DNA of 64,000 nt, taken from NCBI GenBank assembly GCA_050486185.1, contig JBJHCT010000003.1, forward strand, positions 37,500-101,499, written 5' to 3'. This stretch comes from Candidatus Saccharimonadota bacterium. Lineage in GTDB: Bacteria; Patescibacteriota; Saccharimonadia; QS-5-54-17. Under the pieces are notes generated by a model. It was not told the DNA's origin. It worked only from the letters and a program-made list of their open reading frames with translations, and did not search any database. The translations under genes were made by a program, and so were the position numbers. Shown one piece after another: positions 10,323 to 18,382 of the stretch. Position 1 is the stretch's first letter. The number at the start of each line of letters is the position of its first letter.

Positions 10323-10351
10323 TTGATTTTCGTATTCTGTTCGTATATAAT
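10323..10351 (+). promoter_or_regulatory. HNH gene promoter with candidate LexA box TTCG-N7-TTCG
   Basis: TTGATT-17-TATAAT; TTCGTA at 10329 and 10340, same 11-bp period as at lexA. Confidence 0.65.
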
Positions 10352-10357
10352 GTTTTC

Positions 10358-10666
10358 ATGCCAAGAGAAAAAAGAACTTACGCAGACCGTAGAGAAGAGC
10401 TCATAAAAGCGGTCGCTAAAAGACGAAGAAAGCTCAAAGAATTAGCCATTGAGTACAAAGGTGGTAGCTGCCAAGTGTGCGGATATGATAGATATCAAGG
10501 AGCTCTTGAGTTTCATCATCTAAACCCTAAAGAGAAGAAATTCGGCATAGCTGACAAGGGATATACCCGCTCCTGGGATGAAGTAAAAGAAGAGTTAGAT
10601 AAATGCGTTTTGGTTTGCGCTAATTGCCATAGGGAAGTTGGGTTTGGTGGTGTGAAGCTGAGTTAG
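10358..10666 (+). CDS. Free-standing HNH endonuclease
   Basis: GGSCQVCGY..ALEFHHLNP..KCVLVCANCHRE. Confidence 0.85.
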   Translation: MPREKRTYADRREELIKAVAKRRRKLKELAIEYKGGSCQVCGYDRYQGALEFHHLNPKEKKFGIADKGYTRSWDEVKEELDKCVLVCANCHREVGFGGVKLS

Positions 10667-10722
10667 TTGTTTACGAGGGGGGATATACAGGCTAGAATAT
10701 ATACTGTCCAATAACTGGATGA

Positions 10723-11030
10723 TCCTGGGTAGCTCAATGGTAGAGCAACTGGCTGTGAAAACGCAGCTTTCCGATCGAAAGACGGATCGAATAACGAGGT
10801 GAACTGCTGGAAGCCTAAGGCCTATTTAGCTAAGGTAATCAGCATCCAAGCCTTGCTACAAGATAGCAAGGAAGGTTCAGAGACTATCTCGCAAGAGAGT
10901 ACTCCACTTACCCTGGAGGAAGCGCCTCGCTCCCTTTTATTTTTGGGAGATGATATAGTCCACGCCCGTTGGAAACAGCGGGATAAGTGTAACCAGTAGG
11001 TTGGCGGTTCGAGTCCGCCCCCAGGAGCCA
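10723..11030 (+). tRNA. tRNA-Asn(GTT) split by intron; exons 10723-10756 and 10990-11030
   Basis: Joined exons give a full cloverleaf: TCCTGGG/CCCAGGA acceptor, ACTGG-CTGT|TAA-CCAGT anticodon arm, GGCGG-TTCGAGT-CCGCC, G73, CCA. Confidence 0.93.
10757..10989 (+). ncRNA. Group I intron, 233 nt, between anticodon positions 35 and 36
   Basis: P1 GCTGT/GCAGC with U-G at splice site; P AACTGCTGGAA, Q AATCAGCA, R GTTCAGAGACTA, S GATATAGTCC; terminal G. Confidence 0.9.
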
Positions 11031-11985
11031 AGATTGATTTTTAGAACACTCTGCGATTACATCAAAGGGTGTTTTCAGATTAAAAACCAGCTTTTTGTCT
11101 TGAATTACGAGGTTCGAAAGCAGAAAGCGTAAAAGTTTGGATTTTAGTGCCGCTTTCGAACTTTGGAACAGTTTAGGTGCTTTTGTGGCTATCTCTAACA
11201 GATACGAACTGGTTAACATAAAACTTTTGTCATTGTGCGTTAAAGTAACCAGCTGTTCGTCTAGTTGCTCTTGTCGGGCTTTCAGGTCCTTAACATATTC
11301 GTCATAGTCATTGAGAGTAATACGCCCATCGAGCCTGTCCTCGTACAGCACACGCAGCTTTTTCTGTATTGTATCGTACTCTACACGGGTCTGCTCAATA
11401 GCGTTGGCGTAGTAAAGCTGCTGGTTATCGTGGTGCTTACGAAGCTCGTCAATTACGTATTTAACAATATCCTCGTTCATTTCAAGCTGTCCAACCATAG
11501 CAGCAACCTGCGGCACAAGGTCCTTTTCTTTGATGTGAGCCTGTTTGCACGGACCTTTGCCTTTGCTGCATTGCATATAAACGTTACCTTTGGCTGTATA
11601 AGAGGATATGCTACAACCACAGCTACCGCATTTTAATAAGCCGTTAAACGTATAGTCAGTCTTTTGCTTTTTGGTCCTGTTAGTACCACGCTGGTCATTT
11701 ACAGCCTGTACCTTATCAAACATCTTGCGGCTTATAAGCGGCTCGTATTTATGAGGGTACAGTTTGCCGTTATACCGCATAACGCCATAGTAAAACGGGT
11801 TTTTAAGTATCTGCTCAATCGTGCTTTGACCAATAGGGGTTAGTTTGGCTGTATTATTTCTTAAACCCTCTTTTTTGAGTTGTGCAGCAATGCCTCTATA
11901 AGGTGTGCCGATTAACCGCAGTTCAAATGCCTTTTTAATGTAGCCAGCTCGTTCTTGGTCTAACAGTACGGTTGTTTCTTTGTCG
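10908..11985 (-). pseudogene. Large serine recombinase lacking N-terminal catalytic domain
   Basis: ILKNPFYYG..YEPLIS recombinase domain, LLKCGSCG..YMQC zinc ribbon, coiled coil; 5' end replaced by opposite-strand ATPase DNA. Confidence 0.85.
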
Positions 11986-12510
11986 CTAATTCTATGGATT
12001 AATCTGGTGACCGACAGTGCGATGGTAATTCCCTTAGGGATGGAGCCGGGTGAGTCCGATCTGATGGAGCGACCACCGCGTAAGCCCAAAAAACCGATCC
12101 TCGGTAAAGTCGTGATTACACGTATGATCTTTATCGCCAGTATAATGGCGTTGGTGACCTTAAGTCTATTCACCTTCTTCCTGCAGTTTATGAGCGAAGA
12201 GTATGCGCGTACTATCGCTTTTAATGCCCTGGTTGTTATGCAGTGGGCCGATGCCTTTAACGCCCGTTCGCTCTGGCAGTCGATATTCATTCGTATTAAG
12301 ACGATGAATAAGTCGTTCTACGTAGGTTTGACGATTGCTGTTTCGATGCATATTTTAGCCATGTTCGGACCGATGCAAAACCCATTGTCAATCGAAAATG
12401 TCCAGCTCAATCATCTGCTCATCACGAGCCTCATCGCTATCGTGCCGATCATCATCGCCGGAGAGCTTCACAAGTTGATTATCCAGCGTATCGATCCAGA
12501 TTTCCGCTAG
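11986..12510 (+). pseudogene. C-terminal fragment of cation-transporting P-type ATPase
   Basis: ILWINLVTDS..PLGMEPGESDLMERPPR, ARTIAF, FNARS; no N-terminal or catalytic domains. Confidence 0.85.
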
Positions 12511-12710
12511 CAGCGGGCGCTAACTTGGGTTAGGTCGGCTGCGGCAAGCTGATCAAGCGTTAGCTGATCTACGATGACGACCGTAACTTATTAGTACGAG
12601 TTTGATGGAGCTGAATGGGGAGAGGCGGCCGATAGGTTGGACAATGATCACTGCGGTGTGGGATAATAAGCACAAGCAATCGATAAAAAATAAACAGCCT
12701 TAATACACCT

Positions 12711-14405
12711 ATGGATCTCAGTAGTCTCTTTACACAAATTAGCTTGATTGTAGCCGTCGGCGCAGTGGTTGCAACGGTGATGCGGCTGTTGCGACAACCG
12801 CTGATTATCGGCCATATCGTGACCGGAATCATCGTTGGCCCGATGTTACTAGCTATTGTTGGACCTGGCGGTGAGCTGGGCGGATTGAGTCGAATTGGCA
12901 TCGTATTACTGCTATTTATCGTCGGGCTGGAAATTAGCCTCAAAGTTTTCTCCAAGCTAGGGAGCGTAGTCTTCATAGCAGCACTGGTCCAGGTAGGGGT
13001 GGTCACAACTGTCGGAGCCACGGTGGCTACCGCTTTTGGTTTTGCTGGCGTAGAGAGCTTTATTATCGGCCTCGCCTTAGCTCTTAGCAGTACCTTGATC
13101 AGCGTGAAGTTATTCGGAGACAAGAAGGAGTTGACTCGACTGTATGCACAGATTGCGGTCGGGGTGCTGTTGCTGCAGGATATGGTGGCGACTGGTGCCA
13201 AAGTCTATCTATCTGGTTATGAAAAAAGTGGCTCTTTGATTGACATCCTTTGGTTAGGAGGCCGCGGCCTCGCCGCTTTATTAGCTCTCTACTTAACAGT
13301 CCGTTATATCTTGCCGAAATTGACTCATGCGATCGAGGATACCAAGGAGTTGCTTTTGTTATTCTCCCTGGGGTGGGGGTTGGGGGTGGCGACGCTGTTC
13401 GATATGGTCGGCTTTTCGATAGAAATCGGAGCCTTGCTGGCTGGAGTTAGTCTGGCCTCAGTGCCGTATGTGCACGAGATGGCATCACGGCTCAAGCCGC
13501 TACGCGACTTCTTCATTGTGCTGTTTTTCATCTCGATTGGCAGCACATTACTGCCGGGACAGTTGACGCAAGCGCTGCTGCCAGCAGCAATCTTTACGGT
13601 GCTCGTCTTACTCTTGAAGCCACTGGTGATTTTAATGTGTATGGGGCTACTTGGTTATGCCAAACGGACAAGTTTTAAAACAGCCGTTTCACTGGCCCAG
13701 GTGAGCGAGTTTTCATTAGTCTTAATCGTAGGGGCGCTAAGTGCCGGATTAATCAGTGCCGAAGTCCAGGCTATTATTACGGTAGTGGCACTTGTTACCT
13801 TCGCCGGCTCTACCTACATGATGAAGTATGACAACCAACTCTATAAGATGCTGGAACCACACTTGCGGCTATTTGAACGCAAAACCACTCGGTTAGAGCA
13901 ACCTGCTAGCCTTAGCCATTACCCGGCAGTGCTGTTCGGTTACCGCAAGGGCGGGATGGAGTTTATTCGGACATTTAAGAGCATGGGTAAGCGGTTTGTA
14001 GTGGTAGATTACGACCCAGAAGCTATCGAGCTACTCGAGCGCCAGCAGGTAAACTTGATTTTTGGCGATGCCACCGACCCAGAACTACTGGAAGAGCTAG
14101 GCCTAAACCAAAGCAAGGTCATAGTTTCAACCATTTCTGACCTCAAAACTAACGAGTTTTTAGCCCAGTGGTTGCACATCAATAATCCAGCAGCTGTCTT
14201 TGTCTGTTCGGCCGATAATGCGGCTCAGGCCAGCGCCCTCTATGAGCTGGGGGCTGCGTATGTGATGATGCCGCACTTTATCGGCTCGGAAAAAATCGGC
14301 AGTTTTATGAAGCGTAATGGACTCAAGAAGTCGGAGTTCCATAAATTTCGCCAACGCCACTTGCAGTATCTAGAGACACATTATGCCTTCGAATCAAACA
14401 GCTAA
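12711..14405 (+). CDS. CPA2 cation:proton antiporter with TrkA-N domain (KefB/C-like)
   Basis: LLLFIVGLE, ALSST, LLLQD, FFISIG, QVSEFS, VVVDYDP, FGDATD. Confidence 0.9.
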   Translation: MDLSSLFTQISLIVAVGAVVATVMRLLRQPLIIGHIVTGIIVGPMLLAIVGPGGELGGLSRIGIVLLLFIVGLEISLKVFSKLGSVVFIAALVQVGVVTTVGATVATAFGFAGVESFIIGLALALSSTLISVKLFGDKKELTRLYAQIAVGVLLLQDMVATGAKVYLSGYEKSGSLIDILWLGGRGLAALLALYLTVRYILPKLTHAIEDTKELLLLFSLGWGLGVATLFDMVGFSIEIGALLAGVSLASVPYVHEMASRLKPLRDFFIVLFFISIGSTLLPGQLTQALLPAAIFTVLVLLLKPLVILMCMGLLGYAKRTSFKTAVSLAQVSEFSLVLIVGALSAGLISAEVQAIITVVALVTFAGSTYMMKYDNQLYKMLEPHLRLFERKTTRLEQPASLSHYPAVLFGYRKGGMEFIRTFKSMGKRFVVVDYDPEAIELLERQQVNLIFGDATDPELLEELGLNQSKVIVSTISDLKTNEFLAQWLHINNPAAVFVCSADNAAQASALYELGAAYVMMPHFIGSEKIGSFMKRNGLKKSEFHKFRQRHLQYLETHYAFESNS

Positions 14406-14581
14406 TTCCTTCACAAGCTACCGTGTCTAATAATTTGTTTATAACGCAAAAAACACAAGAAGTGTCTAATGAGTAGCTAGTCGAGAGCAATTGAAGTTCT
14501 GATTTTCTCTACTACCGAGAGGGTAAGGCAAACGGGCAACCTTTGTGCGGCACATTCGCTTCATTAAGATATAATGACATT

Positions 14582-15019
14582 ATGAAAGCGATGCAGTTCT
14601 CAATCGATATAAGTACCGGCAGAGAAAAGGTCTGGGATACGCTATGGCAAGATGAAACATTTCGCGAGTGGGCGGGTATTATTGACCCGGGAACACACAT
14701 GGTTGGCGATCTGGAGGAAGGCAATGAAGTACAGTTTATTTCCGGAAATGGGTATGGTGTAACCAGTCTGGTCGAAAAGCAGGTAGTAGGCGAATTTTTG
14801 CTACTCAGGCACCGTGCAGATACGAAAAGTAAGGGCGAGCGAGAGCGTGAAGATCAGTGGACTGGCGGTGAGGAAAGCTATTCGCTAACGGAAAAGGACG
14901 CTACTACGACCTTAACCGTCACATTTGATGTTCCGCCGGCACTGGAAGTGTATTTTAAGGATAACTACCCTAAAGCTTTGGCGCGAGTTAAGCTCTTAGC
15001 CGAAAGAGAGAAGCGGTAG
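14582..15019 (+). CDS. SRPBCC/Aha1-like protein
   Basis: FSIDI..EKVWDTLW..FREW..YPKALARVK; start after TATAAT. Confidence 0.75.
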   Translation: MKAMQFSIDISTGREKVWDTLWQDETFREWAGIIDPGTHMVGDLEEGNEVQFISGNGYGVTSLVEKQVVGEFLLLRHRADTKSKGEREREDQWTGGEESYSLTEKDATTTLTVTFDVPPALEVYFKDNYPKALARVKLLAEREKR

Positions 15020-15104
15020 CTAGGGCTAACTGCTTTAATTGTTTGACCGCCCTCTTATTTTTGGCGACTATACCCTCATAGCAAGTAGATGTTAAAGTGT
15101 CCTC

Positions 15105-15425
15105 ATGGACGCTATAGACCGACAGTTAGAACAAATTCAAAAAGCAGAAGCTAAACACAAAGGCGACAACAAAGCCTTAATCTTATTCTGGGAAGACCTA
15201 TGGAATAAAGGCGGTCTGAAATTTAACGGAGTAAAGTGGACATTCCGCATAGTTGACCTGTACTACAAAGAAAAGCGATATGACGACGCCTGGCGAGTGC
15301 TTAATGACTTTATAAAAACCAAGCCACAATACATTACTAATATTCGCAAATGGCAGATTAAAATACTAAAGAGAGAAAAGAAAGACTACGCTCATATCCA
15401 ACAGCTTTTAGATAACGGTCAGTAG
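15105..15425 (+). CDS. Hypothetical helical (TPR-like) protein
   Basis: ORF with DLYYKEKRYDDAWRVLN. Confidence 0.55.
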   Translation: MDAIDRQLEQIQKAEAKHKGDNKALILFWEDLWNKGGLKFNGVKWTFRIVDLYYKEKRYDDAWRVLNDFIKTKPQYITNIRKWQIKILKREKKDYAHIQQLLDNGQ

Positions 15426-15445
15426 TATGCTAAAATATACTAAGT

Positions 15446-15487
15446 AAAACGCGTCCCAAACGGAGTAATCCGTCGGGGCGTTTTTTT
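15446..15487 (+). terminator. Intrinsic terminator/attenuator just downstream of a promoter
   Basis: AAAACGC..CCC-ACGGA-GTAA-TCCGT-GGGGCG-T7; extended -10 TGCTAAAAT at 15428-15436. Confidence 0.7.
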
Positions 15488-15523
15488 ATTGCCAAAATTC
15501 GTGTGGTGCCCTCATGAATTTAT

Positions 15524-15599
15524 GGGGCAGTAGTTTAACAGGTAAAATTTACGGTTTGGCATCGTAAGATACGGGTTCGAGTCCCGTCTCGCTCCACCA
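15524..15599 (+). tRNA. Atypical tRNA-like gene: anticodon TGG (Pro) in canonical fold, Ala-type acceptor stem with bulge
   Basis: GGGGCAG/CTCGCTCC-ACCA; GTTT/AAAT D stem; TACGG-TTTGGCA-TCGTA; ACGGG-TTCGAGT-CCCGT. Confidence 0.7.
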
Positions 15600-15618
15600 G
15601 TAGAATATCCAAACTAGA

Positions 15619-15640
15619 AAGAGACCCTTTCAGGTCTCTT
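15619..15640 (+). repeat. 8-bp hairpin after tRNA-like gene
   Basis: AAGAGACC-CTTTCA-GGTCTCTT. Confidence 0.6.
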
Positions 15641-15760
15641 AACGGTTTGGCATCGCTATGCACATTGTAGCATAGCGCAGATGGTTTATGCACCGCTTTT
15701 CGCGGACGCACGCATAGCTATTGCCAAAATTAAGGAGTTAAAAGTACAGTGACAACAGAG

Positions 15761-15804
15761 GTAAGTATATCCTTGACAACAAGTATACTAAAAGATATAC
15801 TTAT
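15761..15804 (+). promoter_or_regulatory. Transposase promoter within inverted repeat (probable IS left end)
   Basis: TTGACA (15773)-17-TATACT (15796); TAAGTATATC/GATATACTTA inverted repeat. Confidence 0.65.
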
Positions 15805-15811
15805 AAGTACG

Positions 15812-16660
15812 ATGAGATACACGATAACCCAATTCAACAAAGACTTTCCAAACGATGATGTATGTCTTGATACTATTTTTGAGAATCGCTACGGCGATGT
15901 CAAAGACTGCCCGAAGTGTGGCGTAGTCGACACGAAGTTCTACCGTGTCAAAGGGCGCAAGTGCTACGCCTGTATGCACTGTGGCTATCAACTGCATCCT
16001 TTAGCCGACACTATCTTTCATAAGTCAGCTACACCACTTAAAAGTTGGTTTTATGCAATATATCTATTTTCAGTATCGAAGAATGGCGTATCAGCTAAAG
16101 AGCTAGAGCGACACTTAGGAGTAACTTACAAGACTGCACACCGCATGGCAGCACAAATCCGCAAACTCATGAAAGACAATGAAGATCCGCTCAGTGGCGA
16201 AGTAGAAGTAGACGAAACCTATATTGGTGGTCGCCGTAAACTAGCACAGAAATTTGATAATAAAAGCGTAGTATTCGGTATGGTAGAACGGGACGGATTT
16301 GCGAAGACTAAACATGTTATTAGCTCTGGTAGCCGCGTTCTACTGCCAGTGATCGTTAAAGGGGTAGCGCCAAAGTCTAGTATCCACAGTGACGAGTGGA
16401 GAGCATACAAAACACTTTCAAGACGAGGCTACACTCACACCACAGTCAATCACTCTAAATTAGAGTACGTACGCGGTGCAACTCACACCAACACCATAGA
16501 GGGCTATTGGAGCCAACTAAAACGTTCTATCGACGGGACTTACCACTCTGTTTCGCCGAAGTATTTACAGGCTTACCTTGACGAGTTTTCTTTTCGTTAT
16601 AACTTGAGGGGTTCAGCTGTTTATCCTGTTCTTTTGGGACGGGCGTCGACGCCTTTTTAA
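15812..16660 (+). CDS. IS1595 family transposase
   Basis: CPKCG..CMHC zinc ribbon, TIFH, GVSAKEL, VEVDETYIGG, SDEW, VNHS, TNTIEGYWSQLKR, YLDEF. Confidence 0.95.
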   Translation: MRYTITQFNKDFPNDDVCLDTIFENRYGDVKDCPKCGVVDTKFYRVKGRKCYACMHCGYQLHPLADTIFHKSATPLKSWFYAIYLFSVSKNGVSAKELERHLGVTYKTAHRMAAQIRKLMKDNEDPLSGEVEVDETYIGGRRKLAQKFDNKSVVFGMVERDGFAKTKHVISSGSRVLLPVIVKGVAPKSSIHSDEWRAYKTLSRRGYTHTTVNHSKLEYVRGATHTNTIEGYWSQLKRSIDGTYHSVSPKYLQAYLDEFSFRYNLRGSAVYPVLLGRASTPF

Positions 16661-16688
16661 TTAGTTTCTTGAATTGCTTTTTACCCAT
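16527..16688 (-). CDS. Candidate 53-aa basic protein antisense to transposase 3' end
   Basis: MGKKQFKKLIKKASTPVPK...KSRR; ATG overlaps stop of upstream gene (TAATG). Confidence 0.4.
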   Translation of the reverse strand: MGKKQFKKLIKKASTPVPKEQDKQLNPSSYNEKKTRQGKPVNTSAKQSGKSRR

Positions 16689-17023
16689 TATCTAAACCAA
16701 ACCTCAATAATCACATTTATGATAGTTGCTATAGTTATTATAACAGCGGTAGTCACCTGTATAAAGTTCTTGTTGTCCCCCAGTATAGCTCTAACTAATC
16801 CTGTTGGTATTTTTCCTCTCTTATATATTAAATCGTAGCCATCAGACAGTACTTTCAACTTGTCAGTACCATCAAGTGTACTACTTGGGATTAATTCTAT
16901 GTAATTTCTTTTCAGGGCAGACTTATAAATCGCCTTTGCCTTAGAGTCTCTTAGTTCATGCTTTACGGAAAACTCTTTTATGAAGGCTACTTTATCTTCA
17001 CAATGCTCATCTTCATGTCCCAA
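16688..17023 (-). CDS. Hypothetical protein with C-terminal TM helix (IS passenger-like; start uncertain)
   Basis: ORF with hydrophobic C-terminus. Confidence 0.55.
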   Translation of the reverse strand: MGHEDEHCEDKVAFIKEFSVKHELRDSKAKAIYKSALKRNYIELIPSSTLDGTDKLKVLSDGYDLIYKRGKIPTGLVRAILGDNKNFIQVTTAVIITIATIINVIIEVWFR

Positions 17024-17161
17024 AAAACCTTGTGAAAAATAGTCGTCTAGACTCTCGTTGTTCTTTTCGTTGAGCGATAGCTCTAGCCCCTACTACTAAG
17101 AGCCAATCTTAAGTTTCCATACTATAAAAAATTCTAAACAAACCTTGATATAATCAAAACT

Positions 17162-17395
17162 ATGAATCCAACTACAATCACAGGCCGCATATACGCTACA
17201 ATATTTGAACTACTTGAACAAAACCCCGAAGGTCTGCGTTGGTCGGAGCTGCTAGAAAAAATTCAAGAATCAGACCCTAGCTTTCACCCCAAAACAGTCA
17301 ATGGTTGCGTCTGGAAGTTGATTGAAAAATATCCCGAGGAGGTACATAAACCCTCAAAAGGGGTATTTCAGCTTACGAAGTATAAATCTAACTAA
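17162..17395 (+). CDS. Small winged-helix-like hypothetical protein
   Basis: ELLEQNPEGLRWSELL..KPSKGVFQL; -10 box just upstream. Confidence 0.6.
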   Translation: MNPTTITGRIYATIFELLEQNPEGLRWSELLEKIQESDPSFHPKTVNGCVWKLIEKYPEEVHKPSKGVFQLTKYKSN

Positions 17396-17418
17396 CAACA
17401 AAGCCTAGATTTACAAAG

Positions 17419-18264
17419 CTATTTTTTAACTACTTTAGCCAGGGACGACTCACGAAATTCACGGGTAAAAGCCAGTATTCCAGCTACTAGCATTGTTATA
17501 CCCATTAGTTCAATACTTTCTTCAAGTACCGAGTCGGTAAACATAAAGTAGGTAAAGCCTTGGGTTCTACCAGGCAAGAGCGGTAGATTGCTACCAAAAA
17601 ACAGGATATCGAAAGCTCCACCGATGATGACGTAGGAATGGAATAGGTTGCTCATCAGTGATCCACCAGCGGCCATGGCATAAAGAATAAAGCCTATTAA
17701 AAAGAGCTTACGAGCACTAACAGCTCGCCAGGCCTGGCGCCAGTACCGAGCAAAAGCATAGACTGGTACTGCTGCTAGAGCTAGAAAATAGGGAGCTTCA
17801 ACTACAAAACTGTGTCTTAAACCAAAAATCTCACCACCAAAAGCCCTTTCAGCTTCACGGTTTAGCACATGTCTAATATCACCAGCATCCTCAATCAACA
17901 TCAGGCCAAACCCGATAGCAATCAAAAAGAAGAACTTAGCGGCGTCTTTCTCGCCGCTAGCACTTAATCTACCGGCCAAAAACCCCGATATACCAGCGGC
18001 AAAGGCCAACATAAACCACTGAGTCCATTCTACTGGTCTATCGTTAAAGAGAAATGTCCAGGCCGGAGCTCTTAATTCAACACTGATCCAGCCTAAGATA
18101 TCGATTGATATGAATATAGCCCAGGCTATAGCTATCCAAGTGGCAATAGCTAGTACTACGACTTTAGGTCTGATATTAAATAGCTTGGGCCAGGTTGTGT
18201 CTATTTGATTTGGCTGATTTGATTGGTCTTTTACATCTTTCATAGATTGCCTAAAATTATACAC
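17419..18264 (-). CDS. Multi-pass membrane protein
   Basis: About 7 TM; PVEWTQ, IEDAGDIRH, LEESIELMG. Confidence 0.7.
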   Translation of the reverse strand: MYNFRQSMKDVKDQSNQPNQIDTTWPKLFNIRPKVVVLAIATWIAIAWAIFISIDILGWISVELRAPAWTFLFNDRPVEWTQWFMLAFAAGISGFLAGRLSASGEKDAAKFFFLIAIGFGLMLIEDAGDIRHVLNREAERAFGGEIFGLRHSFVVEAPYFLALAAVPVYAFARYWRQAWRAVSARKLFLIGFILYAMAAGGSLMSNLFHSYVIIGGAFDILFFGSNLPLLPGRTQGFTYFMFTDSVLEESIELMGITMLVAGILAFTREFRESSLAKVVKK

Positions 18265-18382
18265 TTAAAATTAGTTAAATGCGCTTGGAGCTTGTATAAC
18301 AACAACCAAATCTAAAGATAGCTCTTACCGCTCATGCTTGTGATGTCTGAACTATTGGCCCATAATTTGGGTCTAGATAGCT

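Larger units (their letters stand above)
11031..17106. mobile_element. Decayed integrated element at 3' end of tRNA-Asn (right end uncertain)
   Basis: Recombinase abutting tRNA, gene fragments, IS, visibly different composition; GAGCCAA at tRNA end recurs at 17100-17106. Confidence 0.6.

Noticed and set aside
10799-11031. Short ORFs on both strands over the tRNA and intron
   Set aside because: Shadows of structured RNA; no intron-encoded endonuclease motif
11986-12290. N-terminal 100 aa of the 460-aa recombinase ORF
   Set aside because: Antisense of the ATPase fragment, not a resolvase domain
15524-15599. tRNA-like gene as att duplicate of tRNA-Asn, or as tmRNA
   Set aside because: Shares only the generic T-loop with tRNA-Asn; a self-contained 76-nt cloverleaf with D stem and no tag-reading frame
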